The notes under the pieces were generated by a model that was not told where the DNA came from, ran no database searches, and was given only the letters and a program-made list of their open reading frames with translations. Below, piece after piece: positions 23,226 to 35,469 of a DNA stretch of 64,000 nt (position 1 is its first letter; each line of letters begins with the position of its first letter). Origin of the DNA: Perkinsus olseni (taxonomy: Eukaryota); NCBI GenBank assembly GCA_013115125.1, contig JABANN010000049.1, positions 1-64,000 of the forward strand, given 5' to 3'. A program made the position numbers and the translations under genes.

Positions 23226-25468
23226 CTAAGCACCGCCGGGAGAGTTTAGCGCAGAACGCGCTGGACGGTGACAGAGACCAACGACTTTTCTAACCGCAGC
23301 CATCAGATCTTCCTTAACACATGCTATGCACATAGTGATATAGAGGCAGGCAACAACAGCGATGATGACCCAGGCATACCTGAAAACGCCAGTTCCCCGC
23401 ATTTGCTAGTTTCAAATAGGTTGTCCTTACCATGGCCAACCTAAAGGGACGATCGTCTCAATGACAAGATAAAAGTTAACACCAATCACTAGGCATGCCA
23501 GCATCCACATCAACACTGTCCAGAAAGGACAGATAACAAACCTAGTAAATACCCCACTGCATTAGCGTCAACATCCCTTCGAAGTGACCCTACCTGCCCA
23601 AGACTTCACGACTAACCGAAAAGTGGAGGACTGGCAGCAGAGCGAAAGGAAGCTGAATCGACTGGAGAATGTTCAGCCAGGCGTTAACTCCGTTCATGGC
23701 CTTGATCTCACCCTGAGATGAGGCAGATCGCCCAGAAAGGACCCTACGAACCAAGTATACCTGCAGGATAGCAAAGGCCAAGGCCGGTCCAAGGGCGATC
23801 GACCTGGTAATGATAACCCTCAGCCACATAGGGATCTTCCATCTCATAAACCCCTCCATAACGTATTGCCCTGCCAGTGTACCTACAAGCGCACCCAGAA
23901 AGGACTTCGAGCTACGGTAGAGTTTACCTGTTAAGGTGCTTGCTTGTCCAGCCGCCAATACACCAACAGCGAAAATGTACTTCACCGCGCGAGAATACCT
24001 ATCAAATGCTAATGACACTGAGCAACGTATGCCACGATGGCCCCTTACATGACTGCAGCCAGGGCGCCAGCGGCGTTTTCCAAGCCGATATTGGCGCATA
24101 CTCCAGCAATACCCTCAGGCGTGTGGCATTGACATGCAGCATCATTCGGGTTGCAGACCGCGGAATCCCAATCTGAAGGAAGGCGAGACTGACGTCGATC
24201 AGCGGCAGTGAACCGGGACGCTACCTTCAGGAGTGACTAAACAGGCGAGGGGGCCGTGAGGACGAGTGGCACATTGCACGGAGAACATGCCGTGTGCGAA
24301 GGCCGACACCATCGCGAGATTGATAACAAATGATACGGATAAAGATAATGATGAATCGATAAGGAAGTACCTGAAAAACGTATCTTACGGTTTCAAAAGA
24401 TACCGGGCGGAGAATCCTTTCAAGTGCGCACTTGTTAGCCTGTTTGATATTCCTCTCCTCTCTACGATCAATGCGTCGTGATCGTGTCAGAGCCGAATGT
24501 AAATAAAGATTGTGCGGCATAATAACAGCGCCAATAAGACCAACCATTTGCATAACCGCATAGCTTGCTATCATAGGGACGAAGCCCTTGAAGATATCGA
24601 CAGCCGGCGGTGCCGATATCCCCATGTCGATGAAGAAGCATAGCATCATCGTCAATATAAGAACAAAGATGAAGGCCTCTAGCACTCTTATACCGTGAAA
24701 TAAATGGAGGGCAAGAAAGGTCAACGTGTCCACTGCTGTTATGATGGTACCAGCCCAGAGTGGGATGTTAAACAACACTCTGAAGGCTATGGCAGTGCCC
24801 AACACCTCTTGAATGTCCGATCCAATGATAGCGATCTCAGTCATGACCCACAGGGCCCTTGCAGTCCATCTAGCATATCGAGCTCGGCAATGCTCGGCCA
24901 GATGCTCTCCCGTTACCGCTGCCAGACGACAAGACAGTACTTGAAGTATTAGACCAACGATGTGAGCAAGTAACAAGACCCAGAGCATCTGATACCCCGT
25001 GAACGCTCCGGACTGCAGGTCGGCCTCGAGATTGCCCGGATCAAGATACGCCAAGGACATGAGCCAACCAGGGCCAGTGTACTTGAGGAAGGTCCGAAGG
25101 GAGAACTTCACACCCGGGGGGTCTATAGGGATGTCAACAGGCTTCTCTCGACCATTCTTCACAGGAAGCTCAGAGATGATCTCCATCGGCTTAGCATTGT
25201 TGATACTAGATTCACTACTCGACTCGTATCGGAAGAGAGCAAGATTTGGCAAGTGAGCGAAACACATAAGAGCGATGAGCGATCCCCCATGACCATTTCG
25301 CATGCCAGCCACTGGCAGTAGTCCTCTACTCTTGGTTTGCCTCACCACGCCCCCCCCGTACGAACGGGCCAGTAACGGAAGCTTTGTGCTAGTAATCCCC
25401 TGCAATGTTTGAATCGAATTTTGGATGAAATTGGATGTGGCCACTTGCGGGATGAACGGAATTGTCAT
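23226..25468 (-). CDS. NRAMP/SLC11 divalent metal transporter (copy 2), multi-exon
   Basis: Same hallmark motifs as copy 1 ([30 protein letters not shown]) with several matching intron positions. Start codon and first exon uncertain. Confidence 0.95.
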
Positions 25469-25664
25469 TGTTGTTCCCTTTTTGACAAGGCCTTCAATGC
25501 CAGGCTTCTGTTTCCTCTAGTATAAGAGCAGAGAGTGCTTCTCGGGCGTTCAGAAACTGATGCTTGTAGACAAAGTCTGGCGATTCTGAAGGAGGTTCAG
25601 CCCGTTAACCCCTTGAGAGCAATGGGAGCTACTTGAAGTACTATTAACTTCATCCCATGACCCA

Positions 25665-26379
25665 ATGAGTCGCCTATCGCGGCGGTCGGCCCTCGCTGGC
25701 CTCCTCTTCCTCCTCACATCAACCCTCTTCATATTATATACCATAACCCCGACATTCCTGTACCCCATAGGAAAGGCACGCACCCCCGCCTTTCTGAGCC
25801 CCAACAGCTGGCCAGCAGCCTACCACTACGCCAGTACAGCATTGAAGGGTTGCGGCCTCGCTGCCTCCGCTGCCCTTGCCCTCCGCGCTCTGATTCGACA
25901 CCGATCCACAGCAACATCGGGCCCTGGGGCAATGCAGAGAAGGGAAGACGAGGCTCGAAGGGTTATGCCGAAGTTCGCTGAGAAGTACGCCAGACGAACC
26001 GGCACCAAATTCTGCCGAGACCGAAGGGTGACGGCGAGAGTCATCAAAGGCCTGGCTCAGGTGCGTTGACGGTAGGGCGATCACTGCGGGGGAGGACCGT
26101 TCCTACTCAGCACAAAGTCGAGCTCGGAGCGCCCCTCTGCCCTTGCCGAGACTACGATGACAAGAAAGCGGAAGTGAAGCGAGCCTATTGGAACTGCCCC
26201 TGTGTGCCGATGAGGTTTGTGCTGCCGCGGCTACTCTAATGCAACCATGCTGCACTCTCAGAACCAAAGGCCACTGCCATTGTATGCTCTTCTTGCAGCC
26301 AGACAGTCCATGGGCATCGGATTCGTCTCCGAGGATTAGCATTGGCGATATTGAAGACCTTGCTCCTGATGAACCCTGA
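25665..26379 (+). CDS. ftrC: Ferredoxin-thioredoxin reductase catalytic (beta) subunit with N-terminal targeting leader, 3 exons
   Basis: Exons 25665-26060, 26111-26214 and 26262-26379 give ...MPKFAEKYARRTGTKFC...VIKGLAQHKVELGAPLCPCRDYDDKKAEVKRAYWNCPCVPMRTKGHCHCMLFL. This is the diagnostic CPC/CPC/CHC Fe-S and disulfide pattern. Confidence 0.95.
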
Positions 26380-26480
26380 CTGACTGTAACCTTGCTAAGC
26401 AACGACGTTTCTTGTCCGACTCGGTAGTGTTAGTAGTAGGGCGTGAGTGGGTATGGGAGCGTCGGCAGGGGCAGTTTGCG

Positions 26481-29400
26481 ATGGACATAGACTCCCTATC
26501 ATCACATTCGTCAGACATAACGCTAGTGATAGACCCACTTCCCGGGGCTGGCAGCTCTCAACCGGTATGGCGGAAGGGGGAGCCAATGCAGCTGCTGAGC
26601 CTAGCACAAGGCGAGGGGGGAGGGGAGAGAGTACCGTAACATCGCCAAATCGTAGTCGTTAAGCTTGGCCTGTCAGGTGACTGTATGCCCGGAGGCAAGG
26701 GATTACTTCCTTCGTAGCGTTGGCAACAGGCCAGTAGCAGTTGCGGTAGTTTGCGGCCTCTATCGTAATGATAGGACCGTCCAACGCCTTGGACTGATCA
26801 TGCAAGGCAGGTACGGGTAAATCCTACCTGCTTAATCTCCTGAGCAACAATATGGCGTCTGGAGAGGAGGAGGGCGACACTGCTTCTGACGACAACCAGC
26901 ACCAGCATGCAGCCTTCACTGTGGGCTCCACAGTCAATGCGTGTAGTGCTCGTCCGAGCGGAAGGTGCCTTGTCAGGCTTGTCAGGTACCAGTGGAATCT
27001 GGATGTGGGCTAGTAGTAGTAGCGGCGGCAGTGATAACGGTAGTGGGGCGCCACGGTCTTCTGAGGGATGACCGCCTCACAGGCCCTGTTTACATATTAC
27101 TAGACTGCGAAGGGTCTGGTAATGTCGAGCACGACAGAGACCATGACTCGATACTCTTCGCCCTCGGCACACTTCTCAGCGGCTACTTCATCTACAATAG
27201 TAAAGTAAGCCTGCCTGCTGGTTACCCCTCTCTACTACATCCGTGCAGGGTGTCATCGACGAAGGTGCCATACAGACCTTGTCTGTGGTCACGTCCTTAG
27301 CACAGCATATCCAAAACGCTCAGCATCAAGAAGGTCAAAGTGGTAGCATCATCATGCTAACCAAGCTCTCTTGCTGCAGGCTCGGATGGCTCCCCCTCGG
27401 TCGTTGCAACCGCCCCTCACTTCCTCTGGGTGGTAGGATGTCCTCCGGCGTACTCCTAGTAGCACCCTCTCCCCAGTTGCGTGACTTCGTATTAGCTCTA
27501 GAAGATCAGAATGGGCGGCCCATCAGCGCGCAGGAGTAGGGCCCCGCCCTTCCGTCACTGAGGGAGAGGTTGGGATGCTGCCTCAGATACCTGGAAATAG
27601 CTCTGTCAGACAAGAGCAGTGTGGCAGCTTATCGTAGCCAGGAGAGTCGAGATTGCCGGGAGAAGCTGTGCAAGTACGCGGTGGTGGCCTTACCGGTATA
27701 ACATCACTACGACGTATCAAAAGCCTTGTACTGCACCTCCGGATCAATGTTGGGCTTACTCAACCCGCCCTCACGGACACTCTCGATGGCAACCGCTATC
27801 GTATTAGGCTCTACCGGGCTCACGGTATTCCTTGCCCCGTCTCACTTTGTGTCCCAGCATACACTACTGCGATGACTCTGATAACTCGTGAACATTATCG
27901 TTTCGTGACGGTAGGAAGCGTATGAAGGTGGTAGAATTCCGGTTACAGGGATGATTACGTGTTCATGAGAACGCTTGAAGCAGCGTGCTCGTGTGGATAG
28001 TCTCAGCTCAGTTTATTCACCCATCGGGATTGCATCGCCCTGGTCACACCCGTTATTGATGAGGAGAAGTTGCAAGCTCTGGACACTGTACCATATCACC
28101 AACTCAGAGGGGAATTCAGGGATCAGGTCGGGCCCAAGGCTCCTGCAGTACTACTTCGGCTGACCTCAGATTGAACTGATGAAGAGGAAAGTATTCCGAG
28201 ATTGCGCACCCAAAACCATCAATGGTGTCCCCGTCACAGGCGTCACTTTCGCGAGGCTATTGGATCAGTATGTCCATTCAATCAACAGCAAAGAGGTGCT
28301 ACATAGGGGTTTACTGGGGCAGCAGTTCCTTTAAGGTACCGAGGGTGGGGTCGGTGTGGCAAGCGTTGCAGGCTCAAGAGGGAGAGAGAGTACCGCACCT
28401 GCTACTCGACTCTTACAGGCGGCGTGCCATTCTCCCGACTGCTAGGTGGTCGGGGAATGCGCTGACGAATATCGGGCTGTTGTGAGGAATCGTGTTGAGC
28501 CGCTGCTGCCGGTATCCGAGGTTGATTTGGCTGCTGAACTCAAAGCACTACGGCAGGAGGTACTCGATACCATCGGCTTCTCGGGGGTATCGCCGCGTAG
28601 GTTTACGCCCAATTCAAGAGGGAATCTTTGGGAGAGAGGAAGATCATCTCGCAGTATAGAGAACAGTTGAAGGACCTCATGGACGACCTCGATAACAAGG
28701 TTAGTAAAAGGCTCATCTCGCGCTGCACTTGTCGGCAGGTCACCGAGCGCAATGAGGTGATGGGCCGCGAGTGGTGCGTTAGATTACTCAAGAGGCTTTG
28801 GCAGCCCATAGCTGAACGGTTGGATGCTTACGATGATACGGAAGGTAGGGAAGGGGTCGGAGGAAATTGCAGGTATGGTGATTACCCAGGTTACAGTCTT
28901 GACGATGGCATATCAGAATTCACAAGGGCCCTCTCGGAGCTGCGAGAGAGCTATCAGAAGGAGGCCAGAGGTAGCGGAGAGGAGGAGTAGAGCAACAGGG
29001 ATCGATGTGGCAGTTCACAGGCCCGACGGCGGTGGTGATGGAAACGTACTCGAAATGGATAACACCGAAGCAGGAGCAAGGTCTAGTGAAACTAACCCGC
29101 AGACAGCAAGAGGCAGCTGCTCAGCGGGCGGTAGGCGGCAGCGCTAGGGGCTTCGGTCGTTGACGATTCTGGCAGGTGATGATGGAGAGAGAGCGGGCCA
29201 TGGAGGAGGAGCGACAGCGTGCTGAGAGAGAGTTGGAGGAGAGAAGGGCCAGAGAACAGCAGGAGAGGGAGGTTAAGTATTCCATCTCGGGGGTCTTGGC
29301 TCATCGTAGTGTGCAGGAGTATCGTATTGAGCGCACTGAGAAGATGAGGCTGGACGTGAAGGAGCTGGCTGATAACATCGACGGCATCGACACGCCTTCC

Positions 29401-29625
29401 CTTGTTGAAGAGGAGGAGACGGATGAGAGTCAACGGCGAATGACAGACGACATTCAGGTGGGGACTGGGTTGTAGCTGTTGTGGAAGGTTCGATCTCGTG
29501 CTCAGGCTGAGATAACGGAGCTTCGGACGACACTTGACGATCGAGACCGGAAGGGCAGAGGGAGGAGGCCGACTTCCTCTTCAACGTCAGCAGCAGCTGC
29601 TTGCTGTAGATGCACTATAATGTGA
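26481..29625 (+). CDS. Guanylate-binding protein (GBP/atlastin-family large GTPase) with C-terminal CaaX, multi-exon
   Basis: G1 GLYRTGKSYLLN, FTVGSTVNACTSGIWMW, G3 LLDCEG, LLSGYFIYNSKGVIDE, a helical/coiled-coil C-half, and a last exon ending ACCRCTIM*. Confidence 0.92.
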
Positions 29626-30029
29626 TGATGCTAACAATTAGAGTAGACCCAGTGTACACTAACACTTACCATGCCTCCACCCACTCTCACATCTTACTGG
29701 TATTTGTGTTGGAACAGAGTATGCGTGGCACCCGATGGTCGGCAATCGACCGATATGATTGGTATCGTATAAAATATGTATGCTTCACAACTATGAACTT
29801 TTCACCACACAGGACGTCCACAAGTACCCGTTGCCACACGAGGGTTTGATCTCTCGCCACGTTTATTTCGTTCTTCTAGCTCTTGATGAGAATCAAGGGA
29901 AGGTAGCACAACGGTTGGCGCAGCGAGCATCATGTAGACGATATGCAAGCTGGACACGTGAGCAGGTTTACACGCTATACGTTGAACTCAAGAAAGAGAG
30001 GGAGGGAGGGGGTTGAACAGCGGACATCA

Positions 30030-30891
30030 TTATGCTTTCAAAAAGCTCTTCCTGTGGGCTAGCGCAGTACCCGCAATACCATTCTGGACCAGTTCATCGA
30101 AGAAGGACTTGAGGATCTTAACAGATGTGCGGTGTGATAATACAGGCAGAGATTTCTGGTTCCTCCTCGAGGCTGATGCAGGCCCCTCCGGTAAGGGGAA
30201 AGTATAGACGAGATTATGGGCTTTAATAAACAAGCCTGCAAGAAACGACGTCGCTGTACGTCTACGACGACGCGGCACGCCTCGACTCGCCTCTGTCTGT
30301 GAAGCCTGCGTCCAAGTACGCTTTCTCGATAGCCTCTTCGGAAACAAAGACATCATCATCACCCCTGTCACCATCGTCACAGTATACTCGCGTCCAGGCC
30401 CCAACGACTCCCGGATTTTTCTCGTGAATCTGAACATTACTATGGCGCCTCGGCGGGTACCATCGAGAGGGGAGGTGCATCTTACATATTCGAGGAGGTT
30501 TCTGAGGATCTCGGCTTCCACCCCTTTACGTTTATACCCATCATGAGCGAAGGCGTTGGTTACATACACCCAATCGCCGAGCTTCGAGTTCTTCACAACC
30601 CCAAACTCGACGGACCCGACAACAGTCTACAGGAGCACACCATCACCACCACAACACTTAGTGTTAGACTCATGCTGATCCTAGGGTTCATTTCTAGCCA
30701 CAACAGCTCACCTCGCTGTCGTCCACAGCTACGAAGAAAGCTGAATCTGGGTAATCGCGGACTGCCTTTATTTCATCTGCAGGGTTAGCTAAACGATACT
30801 TCAACGGCCCAGGCATGAGCCGCCTCCAAGAGCCAAGAGCCATCGATGGGAGTCCCATACAGAGAAGAGATGTGAAAGGTGTGGTACGCAT
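30030..30891 (-). CDS. Signal-peptide-bearing GNAT-fold protein (paralogue 1), multi-exon
   Basis: Hydrophobic N-terminus; VGSVEFG..DWVYVTNAFAHDGYKRKGVEAEILRNLLEYV..GAWTRV..AYLDAGF. Paralogous to 31274 and 32704. Confidence 0.75.
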
Positions 30892-31273
30892 GTCGGGACA
30901 AGGGACGCTAAGGGACGACCTCGTGAGCTTACAATCTGGGGTAGGAGAAGCGCCACGTTTTGACGGAAAAGATGTTGCGCTCGAGGAAGGGAACCCCGAC
31001 CGATCGGAATGGCGAATTTCGTGCGCTGTCGTTGAGAGTATCGTTACGACTACTACTACGCCGCCGACGGCCGCTTGTTGACGATGGATTCAATATAGCA
31101 GACCTCACTTGATAAAGCCTGTGTAGCCCATCTGTGGCTTAGCCGGCAAGTTTTCTGAACCCCTGCTGACCAAATACACGGGCCCACTTTCATTCATTTG
31201 GCGCCCTTTACTTCGCACTCGCCGCTGGATACTCGCTACCAGTTCTCCCTGATGATCACCACTGCCCCGTAGC

Positions 31274-32120
31274 ATGAAAATCATCCATTTCGCTGCCCTT
31301 CTCACCAGCACGTGTCTAGGAGCGGCATCCGTGGCCCCAGAAGGCTCTTCGGCGGAAGACAACTTCGCCGCCACACTGGAGTACCGTCGGGCTAGGGAAT
31401 CGGACCATGTGAGACGAGAACATGGCTTCGAGGACGCCGCCGTTTTCGTAGCAGCAAGGCCCCAGTATGAGGATCCGGGCGAGGTACGTGTTCGCTCCCG
31501 GCTTGAACCTTCCTCTCGTGCAACGGAGGTCCGTCTACCACTCGAGGTCAACGCGGAGGTCAGATACACGGCTCCTTATTCAGATCATAGCGGACGCGAC
31601 TTTCGGCCTACTTAACACACCAAAGCATGGTGAATGGCTTTATATACCCAGGGTTTTCGTGAGAGAAAAATATAGAAAGAGAGGTGTGGCCCCCGAGATG
31701 ATGAGAAGGCTGCTGGAATATGTACAGCTCTCGGGATGCTCGTATCTGATAGTACTGAGTGACTATGGTGGTCAGGTTCACTGGAAGAATCCTCGAGTCC
31801 TGGCTGGTTGGTTGCGGGTGTCTAGCGACAACCCCGGTGCCGTAAAAGCGTACAAGAAAGCCGGGTTCATAGACGAAGGGGCAGCCGTGCCCGAGAAGCT
31901 GACAGGCTTCGAAGGCATCTTCCATTTTATCCACAACTTCGTCTACACCTTCAACGCGTCCACACCATCATTTGTCTCGTCGAACAACGATGACGACGAT
32001 GACTCTTTGCCGTATCTCAAGCGTTCGGTTATGAACCCCTTCTTTAGTGAGCTTATTGTGGAAGGGATAGCCGACGAGGTGTATAGCAATTCATCATCAC
32101 CATTGCTTGTCAAAGAATGA
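31274..32120 (+). CDS. Signal-peptide-bearing GNAT-family acetyltransferase (paralogue 2), multi-exon
   Basis: MKIIHFAALLTSTCLGA signal peptide. Motif A LYIPRVFVREKYRKRGVAPEMMRRLL; motif B WLRVSSDNPGAVKAYKKAGF. Confidence 0.85.
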
Positions 32121-32703
32121 TGTTCCTGTCTGCGTGGCTGCGAGCGTTGCATTAGTGACAACAACACCACAATGGAGCTGTTGCTCTCACTACTCTAGTG
32201 TACTTGCAGTCCTGCGGACCACAGAGGCCCCCGTTGGGATCGTTGAATATGACGGTATCCCCACTGCCCCGTGCTCATCATGAATAGCACAGAAGGCGTG
32301 TAGGGATACTGGCTCGCGGGGAGAAGCAGAGAACTCATCGAGGGCTAGGAGATGAGTACTGACCCTTGAGTAGTTTTTGTCGGCTCGGGTAACTCTTCTA
32401 TCACGAAAATGAACCCCAGCCGCAGGGTGTCCAGCTGGGGAAGGGCCTGCCTGGCGTCGACGGGCTGCCGTTCACTACGCCAACTCGCACGCGACTAGAG
32501 ACGTGTCTGATAGGACCAACCTCCACCACTCAAAGCTCAGTGCTTCGAACAGGCTGTCGCTGTTAGAGGCAGAGCACGAAGATACGCCATTCCAATGGGG
32601 CGAGACCCTCGAGCGCATCATCATTTCCGTAGGAATCCATCTTGGTGGGTATTGATAGGGAGCTCATCCTGCTACTTCTCTGATCGAGAATTCACGCTCC
32701 AAC

Positions 32704-33565
32704 ATGGGTACCACACTTTTCGCAACTCTAATCTGCCTGGCATTCCCAGTGATGACTATGAGCCTGGGCCGCCGTACGATTGTCTACGTGGGAGGTCGAC
32801 GCCGCATTAAAAGGCTGCCCCTGTCCAACTTCCTGGGGTACAGGCCAGCGAGTCCAGTAGACCGTATCCGGGCATCACAGGATTACACTGACTCAGCTAT
32901 GTTCGTGGCAGTAGAGACTCGTTACCCACATCAGCCTGAGGTGAGCAATCGCTCACCTATCCAGACGATCTGTTTTGTACTGCAGGCTGTTGTTGGTTCT
33001 GTTGAGTTTGGGGTTGTGAAGACCCCGAATTATGGCGATTGGGTGTATGTAACCAACGTCTTCGCCCATAAGGGGTATCGGGGTGAAGGGGTGGAAGCCG
33101 AGATCCTCAGAAGGCTCCTCGAATATGTAAGATGCTCCTCCCACCTCGATGGGACCGATCGAAGCCCAATGGTGATGTTCAGATTTACGAGAAGAATCCG
33201 AGAATCATCGGGGCTTGGGCGCGAGTCTACGATGACGATGATGATTTCGTTTTCAAAGATCCTATTAAGAAAGCGTATGTGGAAGCAGGATTCATAGACA
33301 GAGGCAAGTCAAGGCGTGCCACCTCGATGCGACGATGTTGTCTCTTGTAGGCGTGTTTCATCTAGCTCATAATTTTGTCTATAGCTTCCCTCCAAAAAAG
33401 GCGTCTGCATCATCCTCGAGGAGAGGGAGGAGCAAGAAATCTCTGCCTGTTCTATCACACCGTGCTAGTATCCTCAAGTCATTCATCGACGAACTGGTCC
33501 AGGCCGGTATAGCGGATGAGGGGTACAGGAAGAAGTGTTCTGATAATAATCATGTCAGCTGCTAG
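32704..33565 (+). CDS. Signal-peptide-bearing GNAT-fold protein (paralogue 3), multi-exon
   Basis: MGTTLFATLICLAFPVMTMS signal; DWVYVTNVFAHKGYRGEGVEAEILRRLLEYV; AYVEAGF; shared C-terminal HNFVYSF...LKSFIDELV..GIAD. Confidence 0.78.
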
Positions 33566-34506
33566 AAGTGATCTCTTGAGTTCAGCCTGTAAGGACTTGG
33601 CCTGCGTGACACCCTGGTCCCCACCACTTCTAGACTCACTTACACGGTTTTGCAGTCGATTCATTCCCTGAACCACTAGAGCAGTAGTATCAAGGTTGTG
33701 AGCGTCGCTCACTGAGCGAATGAAGCAGTGAGCACGAGTATGAATCGAGAGCCCATCGGGCGTTGAATACAGCGGCCCTCCCTTCCAATGCACGGCTGCA
33801 ATCGTAAACTTGACTTCCGGTAATGTACACATTCGGTATTCCATCGGCCGAGTAATACATAATTCTTCCCATCTGGGAATGAACTTGTCTTGTGTGACCA
33901 GTTGATGCTGACCCTTCTTCAATTGCATACCATAGCATGCCAAGTTGCCTAGAGGGTCTGCGAGGAATCAAACAGCGGCCTCTCGCCGACATTCCCGCCG
34001 TTCCGCCGCAGTCGCACGAGTTTCCCAGACGGTCGAAAGCCGGCAGTTCACCACTGGACACATGAGAAGCCCGCTCCTCCTCAGCGTTTCATCCCCGAAA
34101 CAGTAGATGCTGGCTGCCCCCGCAGGGAAGTGGAGGTACCACAGACACACTGATGGCAGCAACAGCATCATCGTCCCCACACTCCGAGCCAGTAAAGTCA
34201 ACTCTCATCCCGGCACGTGTGCAGCGAGTAGTTGATGACCCCAAACACACAGGCTTCCCTTGGAGGGATCCACGCAACCCCGAGGATCCACTAGAGGGCC
34301 CGGCTCAACGGATTCTCCCGCGTCTTTGCCCTGTCCGTTTAGGGCATGATACCGGTATAGAACTCCACATGATGCAGTCGATTGATGCAGAGTTCGTTCC
34401 CCCCGTGCATTCACATGCCGGAGAGGCAATCGATCGCCCACAGCCTCTCGGAGGCGTTTTACATCAACCCAACGACGATAGCGACGATAAAAGGAAAATA
34501 CGTAGG

Positions 34507-35313
34507 TCAATCATACTCGTTACGCATCTTCATCCACACGTCGGCCTTCCAGGACCGACCAGCGTGGTCCTCACCTGAGAGCAACCACGCCTTCCTGACA
34601 GTAGATCGCCTCAGCGCCCCTACCGCTCTGTCCCTTGAACCTCTTCAATCGTGTCCGGTCCTTGGTTGAGTATCTTTGAGCATCATGCCGTTCCCTCTTG
34701 GACATACTACTGAAGGTTGGACGGTTGCCAGGCGAGCCTAAGATAGTGCTGATATCAGATGATCCGAAGGGGAGAAAGCATCACCATTGCCCTCCTGTCC
34801 GACGTCCTTGGTCAGCTGCTTCTCACCATCAGTGACCTGTTGGACCTCGTCGATTCGTTTCTGCTCAGCTGCCCTCCTCCGGGCTGCCTCCCGCTCCTCG
34901 GCCAAGTCGAATGCCGCGATCTTGCTACACATAACAGGCTGGGAATGGCGAGCCTCTCGAATCAAAAGATTACCGAAACTTCGAGGCGACGAATTTTTTG
35001 TAAGTGAGGTCATCCTCCCCGACCGCATTGAAGATTGAGTTGAAGGAGGGAAGGCCACTCCCTTCCCCTTCCGCCTCATCAGAGCTGCCAGCGTCACCCT
35101 CTGCCGCCTGACAATCAACCATTGGCAGCCGAAAGGGAATACGGGCCACCGTACTACTTTCCCATCCCCTTCGTTCTGCTCGGAGCCTTCACTGCTGCTG
35201 CTGCTGCTGCTGCTATCAGTACTGTGCTGGCGTTTTCTAGAAAGCTCCTCGGGAGGATCTATCTCAGAGTCCGACGACGAAGAATCGGCATCCGAGTACC
35301 CCGAGGGCAGCAT
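34507..35313 (-). CDS. Hypothetical charged/low-complexity protein, multi-exon
   Basis: Acidic Ser-rich N-terminus (MLPSGYSDADSSSSDSE), coiled-coil middle, and C-terminus KDRTRLKRFKGQS...WKADVWMKMRNEYD*, which resembles a conserved eukaryotic K..R..GQS..WK...M.R..YD tail. Confidence 0.55.
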
Positions 35314-35469
35314 GAATGATGCAACACTCCTGTTAGCTCCATCTCCGCCCACTCAAACACAAGCCAACTGAGTGCAAAGCGACAATGTCATGTGGTTAAC
35401 AACACCATAGTGCAGAGGACATATTCAGACAGGAAAGAGGAGACACGCTATGAATTCAAAAGATATCAA

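Noticed and set aside
33479-34500. Minus-strand ORFs between GNAT copy 3 and the next gene
   Set aside because: Could be a real gene, but I could not build a consistent spliced model or recognise a motif, and it overlaps the GNAT 3' end.
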